A stretch of DNA of 63,901 nucleotides, the filler included, from Rhizaria sp. SCN 62-66 (taxonomy: Eukaryota): the NCBI GenBank assembly GCA_001724265.1. It is 3 parts of 3 records of this genome, joined end to end, with 100 filler letters (N's around TTAATTAATTAA, not from the genome) between each part and the next. Parts side by side here need not be neighbours in the genome. Positions count along the whole stretch, not along the records: positions 21,742 to 43,375 come from MEDY01000446.1; positions 43,476 to 63,901 come from MEDY01000456.1; 1 more part is not named here. One strand, 5' to 3'. Below, piece by piece: positions 35,644 through 47,651 of the stretch (within the stretch, counting starts at the first letter, position 1; every line of letters starts with the position of its first letter). The position numbers were made by a program, and so were the translations under genes. The notes below the pieces were generated by a model, which was not told the DNA's origin, ran no database searches, and was given only the letters and a program-made list of their open reading frames with translations.

Positions 35644-36945
35644 TCACAGCGCGGCGGTCAGCTTGCGCGCGCGACTGGCCCTGGCCGCGCGCGCCGCCGC
35701 CGCCACGCGGGTCAGCGGCAGGTCCCTCTGCATGCGCGCAACGGTCTCTTTGCACTCGCGCTCGAGCTCACGCGTTGCCTCCACCTAATTTACTGCGACC
35801 GCTGCTGCAGCCTGAGCGACTGCGGCAGTGAGGGCGGCGGCGGTGGCGGCCAGCGCGGCGTCGAAACGCAGCAGAAACGGCCCGTTCCTTAGCATCGCCG
35901 CCGGAGCTGCGCAGAGCTCCGCAAACGCGCCGCCCAGCGCTAGCAGCGCCGCCGCGACGGGCTCTGCGACGGGCTGCTCTGCGACCGTGGACGCAGCGGC
36001 GGCAGATGATGGTAATGCATTGGGCGCTGTGGCGACGAGCGCGGGAAAGCGCGCCCGCGCGCCGAGGACGGCTGCGGCGAGCGCGGCGGTAACACATGCG
36101 TCCTCGAGCGCGCGGAAGGGCACCAGCGCGGCGGCCGCGGCGTCCCCGCGCATGGCCGCGGCCGCTGGAGCGAGAGCGGCGCGCAGAGTGAGCGTGGCGT
36201 GGGGCACCTCGGGGACGAAGGGCGGCGCGGCGGGCGCGGGCAACAGAGAGAGCCCCGGCGCGGCGCGCGGCAGCCACACCGCCACCAGCCGCGGCTTCTG
36301 CTGCTGCTGGGGCGTCGCAGTCGCAGTTGAGGCTGCAGAGACTGTGGTCGAAGCGGCGGCAGCGGCAGAGACGGCGGCAGAGATGCAGAGCCAGTCGGCC
36401 TCGGCGCCGCCGGTCACGAAAGACTTGAAGCCCGAGAGCGCCCACTGCTAAGCAGGCCGCACAGCTCTGCTGTCGATGTCGTCGTCATCGCCGGAGTCGG
36501 CTGCAGGAACGGGCACGGCGGTGGTCTTGATCGAGTCGCGGGTGGGCGGGCGGCGGCCCTCAGTGGAGCACAGGGCGCCGAACTTGAGCCAGTCGTGCCG
36601 CAGCGTGGCCTGCAGCGCCACGGGAGAGCCTTTACCGAAGGACTCATCGCCGCGGCCGCTGCGTTCGAGCTCGGTGGCGCGCGCGAGCGCCTTGAGCGCG
36701 GCCTGGTAGCCCGCGGCGAAGGCGTAGCCGAACCGGTCGCTGCGGTAGCCCGCCAGCAGCGACACCGAGAACGGGTCCAGCGCGGCGCCCAGCGCGGCGC
36801 CGGCGGCACTCTTCACGGTCAGGTCGGCAATAACGCCAGAAAACACTGTCTGACGCCATACAGAGTACGATGACGCCGGTGTACACGCCTCGGAAGCACT
36901 TAAATCAGATGTGATGTGCGTCAGAACGCTCCTCCAATCAGCCAT
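35644..36945 (-). CDS. Bacterial-type acyl-CoA dehydrogenase family protein (~433 aa) with two in-frame TAGs (36448-36450, 35785-35787)
   Basis: Reading through TAG gives DRFGYAFAAGYQAALKAL...ALCSTE...*QWALSGFKSFVTGGAEAD...PFVPEVPHA...GD...PFRALED...*...RMQRDLPLTRVAAAARAARASRARKLTAAL-TGA, the motif order of acyl-CoA dehydrogenase-like proteins. Confidence 0.8.
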
Positions 36946-37334
36946 TTGCCACAGCACTGAGAGAATTTGATCGTCAGTTGAGATGATAAGAAAGTATAAT
37001 ATGTATACTAACAATTAAATATCTGCGACCAAATGAATAGTCGTACAGATTCGCTTTGTTCGGAAATATCTTGTATATTTCAGGTTGACCACAAATGGTT
37101 TTTGGAGATCGGCACACGGTTCGTAAAAAATCAAGCAATTTGAGGCCGAGCGAGACTGTGGGCGAATCGATCGAGACAAGCGTTTAACAAGTTAACAGTG
37201 ACGTCGTCGGCCACAGTTGGGTGACATTACGATTTACTTCCAGTAGTTCCGCATTAGTTAATCACGTCTATCTAATTACACTGCCTCTTTTCCCTCAATA
37301 GCTCCTTCCGCAGCTAAGACTCGGTACACACACC

Positions 37335-40300
37335 ATGGAGCCACATCCCACACGCACAGGTCCGTTCTATGCACCGCCGAGTTTACCCTATTGCGGGCCA
37401 TGATTTCGAGAAAGACTTCTTTGCTCACATATGAAGATGTAAAAGATCTTCGTAGTCGAGAGATGGCGCGATCCCGCGTTACCATTGACGCATGCTGCAC
37501 CGCCGGACATACTGCACTCCACACTTTTCGAGTCAACGTTTCTACGGCCAATCTCACATGTTGAGCCAGATTCTCTCTGTTCCAGTGACTTTTTATTCGA
37601 TATCTGAGTATATTTTTACGTATGCACATTCTCATTCAAATCTTTTTCCTTCAAACGCCAATCTTCTCATCCTATACCTATCTTTTCCACCCCCTCAGGC
37701 TACACGTCTGATGCTAAGCTGCTTTTACACAAGGGCCGTAAGCACGCCCTAGAGGGCCCCCGCCGTCTGGCCCAACTTCACACAAAACTCAAGGTATGCA
37801 CGCGTTGCTGTCTTTTATATTTTTCACTTCTTGCCCTTCTTGTGGCTCTTTTTGACCTGAATCTCACCCGAAACACTCATCCACACACCCCTCCTCTTCT
37901 TCCCCCGCCCTTTCTGCGCTTGCTTGTACGCTTCATAATCCCACTACAATTTCGTCATATTAACCCCCACAACTTGCACGCACTTGTCTGCTTGATTGCA
38001 CACACGCATATGCAGGCGTCGGGCCTCGTTGAGCGCTGCGTGTCGCTGCCGGTGCGCGAGGCGACGGACGCCGAAGTGCTGACTACGCACACCGAGAAGC
38101 ACCTCTCAATGCTGCGGTCGCTGGCGACGTACAAGTACTCTACGACGCAGCCGTACGTGTTCCTGGACGACTACGAGGACACGTACGCGTGCCGCGAGAC
38201 GCCCACAGTTGCGCTCTCGGCCGCGGGTGCCGTCGTGGACCTCACGCTCGCGGTGGCGTCTGGCGAGCTGCGCAACGGCTTCGCGGCCGTGCGCCCACCC
38301 GGCCACCACTGCGGGCGCGAGGGCCCGCAGGGCTTCTGTCTGCTCAACAACGTTGCCATCGGCGTTAACGTTGCGCGCAAGCAGCTGCCCGACAAGATCA
38401 AGAAGGTGCTTGTGGTCGACTGGGACGTGCACCACGGCAACGGCACCGAGGAGGTCTTCCTCAACGATCCCGACGTGCTGTTCTTCTCCATGCACCGCCG
38501 CGAGAAGCACTTCTTCCCTGAGACGGGCGACTCGATAATCATCGGCGGTCAGCCCGTCCCCGCGCCCGCGGGCGTGCCCGGCGGCGCCCACCAGCCGCCC
38601 GAGGGGCCCGAATCGGCCTCTGTCGCCGCCGCCAAGCACGCCAACGCCGCCGTCAACGCGCTCTACGGCCCCGGCGCGTCCCCCGCGCCCTCACCCGCCG
38701 CGCGCGCCGCAGGCGCCACCCCCGCGCGCGCGGGCTCAGGCTCCGCGGGCGTCGCGGGCGTCGCCGGTGACAGCAGCGCCGGCGCCGGCGCCGGCGTCAA
38801 GATGGAGGACGACGGCGTCGCGGCCTCGGCGGCGGCGCTGCGTGCGGCGGCCGCGGCGGGCGGCGTCAAGGCCGAGGGCGGCGACGTGCCCTGGCTTACG
38901 GGCGCCGCCGCCGCCGCCGCCGGTGGTGCTGCTGCTGCTGCTGGCGACAGCAAGGTGGCCGCCGTGCCCACCGCGGCCTCCGGCGGCGGCAGCGGCGTCG
39001 ACGGCGACGCTGGCGCCGCTCTGCTGCCGAGCTCAGCGCTGGACGTGACTGCGTCGCCGCGGCCGCTCACCGCTGCGGGCCTCTCAAGCGCGGGCGCGAG
39101 CATGTCGCTGACCGCGCTGCGCGGGGCGGCCGCGCTGTCGTCCGACTCTGAGGACGAGGACGACGACGAGGCGCTCGACGGCGACGACCTCGACGAAGAC
39201 GACGAGGGCGACAGCGAGGACGGCGACGACCTCTCGCTCGTCGACGACAGCGGCGACGACGGTACCGTGGCCGCTCTGGCCGCCGACGACGCCGTGGTCG
39301 ACATGGAGTCGGGCGACGAGGCCGGGCTGCTCGCGTTGCTGTCGAGCGACGACGAGGGGCTCGTCAGCGAAGAGGAAGAGGAGGAGGACGCGGACGCCGA
39401 CGAGGACGAGGACGCGCGCCGCCACCGTCGCCGCCTCGCCGCGGCCCGCGAGCGCCTCGCTCTAGTGCGCCTCACGCGCGCGCGCAAGGACGCGCGCCGC
39501 CTCGAGCGCGCCAACGCGCGCCGCATTGCGCGCCGCAAGGCCCGCCGCGCCGCGCTGCGCGCCGCCGCCAACGCGGGTGACGCCGACAGCGTTGCGGGCG
39601 GCGCCGCGGGCGGCGGGCTGCGCGCGCGCGCGCTGATGGGTTCCCCGTCGGCGTCGATGTCCATGTCGATGCGCCGCGTGGGCTCGGGCATCAACTCGCC
39701 CGACGCCAGCAACGCCGCGGGCAGCAGCAACAGCAACGCCGCCATCGCGGGCGCGGTCGCGGGCGCGCCCACCGCCGCGGGCGCGGCCGCCGCGGTCGGG
39801 TCCCCCCGCGTGACCGGCGCCGCACGCGTGGCGGGCGCGGTCGGCGCGTCACCGCTGGCGGGCGGCGCGGCCGCGGCCACGGTCTCGGGCTCGGGCGTTG
39901 GCTACACGGCGGCCGGCGCGGCGCTCGAGGCGGGCCACTCGTCCATGGTGGGCGGCGCGCAGTCGCTGTCGCAGTCGTTGTCGAGCGGTGGCGGCGCGGG
40001 CGGCAAGAGCGGCGACACGCCCGTGCTGGAGGAGGCCAACCCTGCGGCGCGCGGGCGCACGATCAACGTACCGCTGCCGATCGCGCTGGGCGACTACGAC
40101 TACCTGCAGCTGGTCAAGACCACGCTCGTGCCTCTGGTGCTCGAGTTCAAGCCGGACCTGATCGTCGTGTCGGCGGGCTTCGACCCCTCGCCCAACGACC
40201 CGCTGGGCGGCGAGTCAGTCACGCCGGCCGGCTTTTACGCCTTCACGCGCCTGCTCATGGCGCTCAACCAGCGCCTCGTCGTCTGCCTCGAGGGCGGCTA

Positions 40301-43300
40301 CCACCCGCACGACGTCGCGGACTCGTCCGAGGCGTGTCTGCGCGCACTGCTGGACCTGCCGCTGACGCCGACGGAGCAGGAGCTGCAGCAGACGATGTTG
40401 GCGGCCGCCGCACAGGCCGCGCTGGCCGCGGGCGCGAGCATCACTCCGCAGCAGGAGGCCGCGCTGGCGGCCGTGGCGCAGCCGCCCGAGGTGCCGCCGT
40501 ACATGCCGTCGCTGCCGGCGCTGCAGGCGGCGCAGGAGCAGTGGGCGCCGCTGCGCGCGGTGTGGCCCGAGTTTGACGCGTGGGCCGAGCGCGACCCGGC
40601 GACTGTGTGGCCCGCGCTCTGCACGCCCGTCGACACGCGCGAGACGCTCGAGGCGCAGCTCTGGCCCGCCGCGCGCTCGCTGCTGCAGCGCCAGCAGCTG
40701 CTGCTGCAGCAGCGCGAGGCCGTGCTCGAGCGCCTCAACGACGTTCGCGCGCAGCTCGGGCTGCCCCCCGTCTCCAGCTCCAGCGCCGTCGCTGCGACTT
40801 CTGCGGCGGCGAGTGAGGAGACCAAGACTGAGGGCGCCGCGGGGGCCGCGATGGGCGACGGCGACGACGCCGCGGCCTCTGCATCTTCGTCCTCTGCGGC
40901 GGCGTCGGCGGGCAAGAGCGCGCAGCGGCGCGGGCGCGGCGCGGGCACCACCGAGACGAGCAACAGCGTCAACGTGCACGCGCTCAGTAGCGCGGCGGGC
41001 GACGGCGCGGCGGCGACATCTGCTCTGCTGCAGGCGGCCGAGGCGGCGAGCCAGGCCGCCGAGAACGAGCTCAGCACGGTACAGACCGAGGTCAACGCGG
41101 CGCTTGCGCGCGCGGTCGGCGCCGCGGGCGGCAACTCGGGCGGGTCCACCGGCGCGACGACGCGCGGCAGCTCCAACTCGAACGCGGCGGCCGCGGCGGC
41201 GGGCCACCCGCTGAACCCCATGGTCGGGCTCGCCATCCAGGCGGGCGAGTCGGAGACGGAGACGCGCACAATCGCGCTGGCGAGCCTCATCGAGGCCGCG
41301 CTCGACACGCTCGTGTGCCACCGGCCGTACTGGACCGTGCTGCAGCGCCACCACGACATCATCGAAGGCATGCTGCGCGCGTGCTACGAGCGCCCGCCCG
41401 CGGACCCCACGGTGTACTTCGGCGCGCTGCCGGCGCAGACGATGCGCGACCGCGAACGCGACCGCGAGCGCGTGACGCGGTCGCGCGACGGCTACTCGCG
41501 CGCGCTCGACGGGCTGGCCGCGCAGTTCGGCCCCGGCGAGGGCCCCGCCGCGTTCCAGAGCGCGCGCCTCAACTCGCGGCGCGAGCGCGACACGCGCGAC
41601 CGCGACCGCGACGGCGACGGCGCGCGCGCCGCGGACCGCGCGGCGGCCAAGCTGGCCAAGGACCTTAAGGCCGAGCGCGACCGCCTGCGCCGCACCAAGG
41701 GCCGCCCGGGGCGCTACTTCGAGTCGGCGCCGGCGCACCTGCAGCAGCAGGTGCAGGCGCAGCAGGCGGCGCAGCAGGCGGGCCGGCAGCGCGTGAAGCG
41801 CGCGCGGCAGGGCGCGGCGGGCGTGCGCGGCGCGGGCCACCCGGGCGCGGGCGGCGCGTACATGCACTACGGCGACCAGTGGGGTGGCTATGGTGGCGAG
41901 CAGGAGGCCGCGGCGGCCGAGGCGCTGTACGACCCCGCGCAGGCGCCGCAGCGCTTCCATTTCGACAACGCGTCGGCCGTGCAAGTGCTGGAGGAGCTGT
42001 TTCCCGATTCGGTGTGGGCCGATTTCCAGTCGCGCCACCCGTCGAAGCAGCAGCAGCTGCTCACCGAGCTCATGGACCTCGCGCAGACGCCGCTGGCCGC
42101 GCCCGCGCTGGCGTGTCTGTTCCCGCGCCTCGTGCGCTCCGACGGGCTCGACTTCGCGGTCGTGCTCGATGTGCTGACGGACCCCAACTCGGTGTACCTG
42201 CCGCAGGAGGTGGTCGTGAAGCTCGACGTGGGCCCGCGGCTGGAACACCTGCCCGAGACGGACCTGGACCTGCTGGTGCTCAACGAGCCCGTGCAGGGCT
42301 GCGAGCGCGCGGCGCTGGTGGCGGCGCCGCTGCACGAGCAGGTGGAGCTGCTCAACAACACGGCGCAGCAGGGCGTGACCAACGTTATGACAGTGGGCGA
42401 CGTCCCGCTCGCGCACGCCGTGGGTGACTTCGACCGCCGCTTCCCGAACCTCAACCCGCTGCTGCCGGTGTCGCCCGCAGCGATGCGGCTGCAGGCCGAG
42501 CTGCACTCGCTGCAGGCGTGGCACGCCACGGCCGTCGGCCACGAGGCGGCGCACGCCGCGCAGGCCGCGGCCGAGGGGCTGCCCGCGCCCGACCCGGCCG
42601 TGCCGGCGCCGGGGAACGTGTGCACGTCGGCCGAGGTGGAGCGCGCGTACCACGAGCGCGAGCAGCAGCTCGCGCAGCTCCAACTCGCCGCGCTCGAGGC
42701 GCAGCTCGAGGAGGTCGCTGCCATGCAGGCCAAGCGCGAGCGCGTGCGGCTCGTGCTGTACAACCGGCTGATGGAGATCCAGGCCGAGCGCGAGCAGGCG
42801 GAGCAGGAGCAGGAGGAGCTCATGCGTCGCCAGGCCGCCGCGCGCTACAACGCCATCGTCTCGCGCCTGGTCGCGGACCCGCTGGCCCTGACCGTGGACC
42901 AGGTCCCTGCGGGCGCGGAGCGCGGGCTCGCGCTCGAGGCGCAGACGCTGGTCGAGCAGGAATGTCTGGCGGAGCTGCAACAGTCGCAGCACGCCGACAC
43001 GATGGCGCTGTGGAGCGCGGCCGAGGCCCGCGAGCGGGCCGAGCTGGAGGACGCGCGCCGCCGCGAGGACAACGCGCTGCAGCGCCAGCACCTGCAGCTG
43101 CAGCGCCAGCAGCAGCAGCACGAGCAGCGCCAGCTCCAGCTCCAGCAGCAGCAGCAACAGCAGCAGCAGCTGCTGCTGCGCGGCGAGCACCGCGCGGAGC
43201 ACCACCGCGACCACCGCGACAAGCACCACAGCGAGCACAAGGACAGCTCGCCGGTGCGCGGCTCGACGCAGCGCCGGCCCTCGGCCGCGGCGGCGGCGTC

Positions 43301-43375
43301 GGCGATCACGGCCGCCGCCAACGCTAACACTCGCGAGCGCCGCGGCGGGCGCGCCTCGGCCGCGGCCGTGCGCCG
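37335..43375 (+). CDS. Class II histone deacetylase (HDA1/HDAC6-like) with large insertion and long C-terminal extension; exons 37335-37359, 37699-37793, 38016->43375 (3'-truncated)
   Basis: Spliced N-terminus MEPHPTRTGYTSDAKLLLH...HALEGPRRL...GLVERC. Motifs RPPGHH, GFCLLNN, DWDVHHGNGT, TINVPL, SAGFD and LEGGY all present. Confidence 0.92.
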
Positions 43376-43475
43376 NNNNNNNNNNNNNNNNNNNNNNNNN
43401 NNNNNNNNNNNNNNNNNNNTTAATTAATTAANNNNNNNNNNNNNNNNNNNNNNNNNNNNNNNNNNNNNNNNNNNN
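43376..43475. other. Artificial contig-joining linker (N run with TTAATTAATTAA)
   Basis: 100-nt block of Ns with TTAATTAATTAA at 43420-43431. Confidence 0.95.
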
Positions 43476-46400
43476 CCCGCGCCCGAGCTCGCGAAGCTCC
43501 GCCGCATCCCCGACATCGTGCAGGGCCTCAAGCCCTCGCCCGAGTGGGTCAACCCCACCACGGTCGCCCCCACCTTGGCCACCACCCTGCCGTTCTACTC
43601 CATGTCGGCCCCCAACGCCCCCGCCGCCGTCCCCGGCTCCGTCGCGGCCCCCACCTTCCCCATCCAGGCCTCTCTGATGGAGACTGAGGCGCAGTCCTGG
43701 TCCACCCTCAACTCCGGTGTCGCCTCCCTGCTCGAGGACTCGGTCAACTCCCACGAGGCTAACGTCCAGCTCCTCGCCGAGCTCTCCTCCTCGCTCGCCA
43801 GCGCCGTCGGCGCCGAGGCCGCCCCCGTGCTGCTCTCGGTCGACGAGTCGCTGCTCGCCGAGTCCGAGGCCGAGCTCTCCACCGAGGCCGAGGTCGCCGA
43901 GCACCACTCGGCCGCCGCCGCGCACGACATCCCCGCGCAGTTCGCCTTCGTCCGCGGCGCGCGCACGCTCGACAACTCCGTCGACGCGCTGGCCGCCGAG
44001 CAGGAGGCCCACGAGGAGCTCCTCGCCGACAAGATCTCCTTCCTCGAGCAGGCCATGGAGGTCGCCCAGGACGCCGCCGCCGAGACCGAGACTGAGGCCG
44101 ACCTCGAAGCCGAGCTCGACTCCGAGGCTGACTCTGAGGCCGAGGCTGACTCTGAGGCTGACGCCGACGCCGAGTCCGAGGCTGATGCCGAGTCCGAGGC
44201 CGAGGCCGAGAACGAGAACGAGGGCAACGACGCCAACATCGTGACCGTCGGCCCCTCGACCACCGTGTCGCAGCTCCGCGCGCACCTCGCCGCCTCCGGC
44301 GCGCTGCCCCTGTCGCCCCAGTTCGCCTGGTCGCAGTACGCCAGCTCGCCCTACCACCCCTACGTCGTCCGCTCGCTCGCGCACCGCCTCGCGGCCGTCC
44401 GCGCACGCCTCGCCTCCTACCGCCTCGACGCCGGCCTCTCGGTCCGCCGCCTCGCCGGCAAGGTCAACGGCTTCCTCAACAAGCTCGCCCGCGCCTCCGT
44501 CGTCGAGCGCCGCATCGTCGCCCGCGCGCTGTCCACCCGCGCGTCGGACCTCAAGTACCGCGCCTCCCGCCGCGCCATCGCCCGCCGCGCGCTGAAGAAG
44601 GCCCAGAAAGAGTACAAGTCGACTGCCGCCGAGGCCAACGCCGCCAAGTCCGAGCTCAAGAAGGAGATCAAGAAGCTCGCCGACTCCAAGGCCATCAAGG
44701 CCGAGGTTGAGATCGCCAAGAAGGCCACCGTCACCAAGGCTGCTGAGCCCACCAAGGCTGCTGCTGCGCCCGCCGCCAAGGTTGACAACGCCGCCATCGC
44801 CAAGGCTGCTGCCCAGGCCGTTGTTGAGCAGGTCAAGAAGAACACCGACAAGGCCGAGGCCGCCATCAAGGCCGCCGTCGCCGACCCCGACAACAAGGAG
44901 AAGGCCGCCGCCGCCGCTAAGGCCGTCGAGACCCAGTCCGCGGACAAGGCCAACGCCGTCAAGGTGATCGCCGCCGCCAAGGAGGCCGAGCAGGCCGCCG
45001 GCAACAGCACCACCGCGCAGGCCAAGATCGACAAGCTCAAGGCCTCTGTCGCCTCTTTCCTCGCCATCGACAACGCCACCGTCACCGTCGTCGCCAACGC
45101 CTCCGCCCCCGCGGCCGCCGGCAACAAGACCAACGCCACCGCCCCCGCCGTCGCCGCTCCCGTTGCCGCCGTCCAGAACCGCACCGTCACCGCCAACGCC
45201 TCTGCCACTGCCCCCGTCCCCGTCCGCAACGCCACTGCCACCAACGCCACCGCCCCCGTCAAGCCCGCCGCGCCCGCCGCCGGCAACTCGACTGCTGGCA
45301 ACGCCACCGCCAACGCCACCGCCCCCGTCAAGCCCGCTCCTGCTGCGAAGCCCACCAACGCCACCGCGAGCAACGCGACTGCCGCCGCCAAGCCTGCCGC
45401 TGCCGCCGTCGACGCCGTGAAGAAGGCCGAGGACGCCAAGAAGGCCGCCGACGCCGCCGCCAAGAAGGCCGCTGATGCCAAGGTCGCCGCGGACAAGAAG
45501 GCTGCTGAGGCCAAGGGCGATGCCGAGAAGAAGGCCGCTGAGACGGCCGCCAAGGCGAACCCCGTGTCCGCGCTGCAGGCGCTCAAGGACAAGATGGCCG
45601 GGCTCGAGAAGCTCGTCGGCGAGCTCTCCGCTCAGAACAAGGCCGCTGTTGACCAGATCAACAAGGCTGCGGAGGAGGAGCGCGTGCGCGTCGAGGCTGC
45701 CAAGCAGCTCGAGGAGGAGACCAAGAAGAAGGCTGCCGCCGAGGTCGCCGCCAAGGCCAAGGCCGAGGAGGACGCCAAGAAGAAGATCGCCGACGAGGAG
45801 GCCAAGAAGGCCGCCGACTCCAAGAAGGTCGCCGAGGACAAGGCCAAGGCTGACGAGGAAGCCAAGAAGAAGGCCGAGGAGACCCGCAAGGCCGTCGACG
45901 CCGAGAAGGCCCGTCTGCGCGCCGCCAAGGAGGCCGCCGACGCCAAGGAGGCTGCCCGCAAGCGCGAGGTGGAGCAGCAGGCCCGCAAGGAGCTCGCTGA
46001 GGAGGCCAACAAGGCCGCTGCCCTCGACGTCGTCGCCAACCGCAAGATCAACCAGCTCGACCGCGACAACGGCGTTGCCCCTGCCAAGGCCCAGGCCGCC
46101 AAGGCCGACAACGGCAAGAAGGTCGACGACGGCAAGAAGGCCGCCGCCACCGCTGCCAACGTCCGCACCGCGTGCGAGAACGCGTCCAAGTTCCACGCCC
46201 AGTGCGTCGCCAAGAAGGACACGTCGGACAAGTGCGAGCGTGCCATCGCGGCCATGAACAGCGACTCGTGCAAGCCCCTGCTCGCGGGCAACACCGCTGG
46301 CTCCTTCTTCGAGTCCGAGGCTGAGGCCGAGGTCGACGTCGAGGCAGAGTACGAGCTCGAGGCCGAGACCGAGGCTGAGACTGAGACTGAGGCTGAGGCC

Positions 46401-46736
46401 GAGATGGAGACCTACTCCGAGGCCGACGCCGACATCGACGCCGAGCACGCCGCGCTCGCCGAGGCCGACTCGGACTTGGGCTTCGCCGAGGAGGTCGACA
46501 TGGACGACGCCGAGTCGATGGCCAACGAGATCAACAACCTCGCTGCCGGCGCTCTCGCCGAGGATGCCCAGGAGCTCGCCGCTGAGACCCCCGTGGACCA
46601 CCTCCCCGTGACTCCCCGCTTCCGCGCCGCCGACGCCCCCGCGTACCGCGTCTCTGGCGCGCGCGCCTCGGCTGGCGTCAACATGATGGACAATGACGTC
46701 TTCTCCCAGATCGCCCGCGCTCTGGACCAGAACTAA
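43476..46736 (+). CDS. Repetitive, probably secreted or structural protein (E-x-E acidic blocks, NxT-rich stretch, Ala/Lys/Glu coiled coil); 5'-truncated
   Basis: Open from the contig start to TAA 46734-46736. Codon bias like the ribosomal protein genes. About 14 N-x-S/T sequons at ~45000-45390. Repeated S-[LF]-[LMF]-E motifs precede E-x-E runs. Confidence 0.8.
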   Translation, partial: PAPELAKLRRIPDIVQGLKPSPEWVNPTTVAPTLATTLPFYSMSAPNAPAAVPGSVAAPTFPIQASLMETEAQSWSTLNSGVASLLEDSVNSHEANVQLLAELSSSLASAVGAEAAPVLLSVDESLLAESEAELSTEAEVAEHHSAAAAHDIPAQFAFVRGARTLDNSVDALAAEQEAHEELLADKISFLEQAMEVAQDAAAETETEADLEAELDSEADSEAEADSEADADAESEADAESEAEAENENEGNDANIVTVGPSTTVSQLRAHLAASGALPLSPQFAWSQYASSPYHPYVVRSLAHRLAAVRARLASYRLDAGLSVRRLAGKVNGFLNKLARASVVERRIVARALSTRASDLKYRASRRAIARRALKKAQKEYKSTAAEANAAKSELKKEIKKLADSKAIKAEVEIAKKATVTKAAEPTKAAAAPAAKVDNAAIAKAAAQAVVEQVKKNTDKAEAAIKAAVADPDNKEKAAAAAKAVETQSADKANAVKVIAAAKEAEQAAGNSTTAQAKIDKLKASVASFLAIDNATVTVVANASAPAAAGNKTNATAPAVAAPVAAVQNRTVTANASATAPVPVRNATATNATAPVKPAAPAAGNSTAGNATANATAPVKPAPAAKPTNATASNATAAAKPAAAAVDAVKKAEDAKKAADAAAKKAADAKVAADKKAAEAKGDAEKKAAETAAKANPVSALQALKDKMAGLEKLVGELSAQNKAAVDQINKAAEEERVRVEAAKQLEEETKKKAAAEVAAKAKAEEDAKKKIADEEAKKAADSKKVAEDKAKADEEAKKKAEETRKAVDAEKARLRAAKEAADAKEAARKREVEQQARKELAEEANKAAALDVVANRKINQLDRDNGVAPAKAQAAKADNGKKVDDGKKAAATAANVRTACENASKFHAQCVAKKDTSDKCERAIAAMNSDSCKPLLAGNTAGSFFESEAEAEVDVEAEYELEAETEAETETEAEAEMETYSEADADIDAEHAALAEADSDLGFAEEVDMDDAESMANEINNLAAGALAEDAQELAAETPVDHLPVTPRFRAADAPAYRVSGARASAGVNMMDNDVFSQIARALDQN

Positions 46737-47651
46737 GTTGTTCTCGGTGAGTGACATCACTGTTCTCTCGGGCGGAAAAGGCTTGAGAGAAAAACAAAAC
46801 ACGCCTGTGTGGGAGGATGACAAATGACAGTTAGAGAACTGAACGAACTCGCGAGAAATCGTTGAGTGAGTGATGACACGTGTAAAGAAGCTTCTACTGC
46901 TGCTGATGCATGACAGGCGTTGTGTGTAAGAAGATGATGACGATTATGATGATCAAAGTTGTTACAATACAAAGGTACAACATGAACAAAACGCAATTAT
47001 ACTCACTAACAACATTTAGATAGTCAGTAGCCGAGAGTCGAGCAGCTATATCTCTTAATGGATTCAATTTAGAGATAACTGGGTGATGTTATTCTATAAA
47101 TCTTGTTTTAATGTAAATCATTTCTGTGTTTCATTTCATTTGGCGACTGTTATCATTATGAAATCCTGATGGAAATGTCCAAAATAGGCGAGTGAACGAG
47201 GTGCTCCAGCGGTGAAGACAAAAGTAAGCCGCAAGGTTTTGAATCATGATGAGCGGATTCAAACGAAAAGAAGTAGGCCATAATTGGAGTGTTGTGCTCT
47301 ATAATTAAACTGCATCCGTTTAGAGGTCTTATTTTCTCTTGGTGCATAATCGTCAATCGTGTTAACGGAGTCTACCACCACTTTTGAAGCGATCTTAGAG
47401 AGACTATTGGAGAAACACGTTAGACTTTGGTGTGTGTGTCAGACTCAAATCTACCTCGTCAGCCCTCCATCACTGCATCCTCAAGACACCTAAGCTGCAA
47501 GGACAGTGAAACGCTCTTATGGACTCATGAAATCTTTTAGCTTAAATCATCAAACCTGCTTATCCACCGATTTATTCGCGTTTTCCTTCCACGCCCCCAC
47601 GTTTCCCGCGCCCCTCGTCCTTGCCTGCCGTCCTGTCGTAGCCCGCTCGCG

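Noticed and set aside
43428-46823. Long antisense or alternate-frame ORFs (1131 aa here; also 40215-43238, 59575-61626, 33582-35102, 5041-6384)
   Set aside because: Shadow ORFs caused by high GC and strong codon bias on the true coding strand. No recognisable domains.
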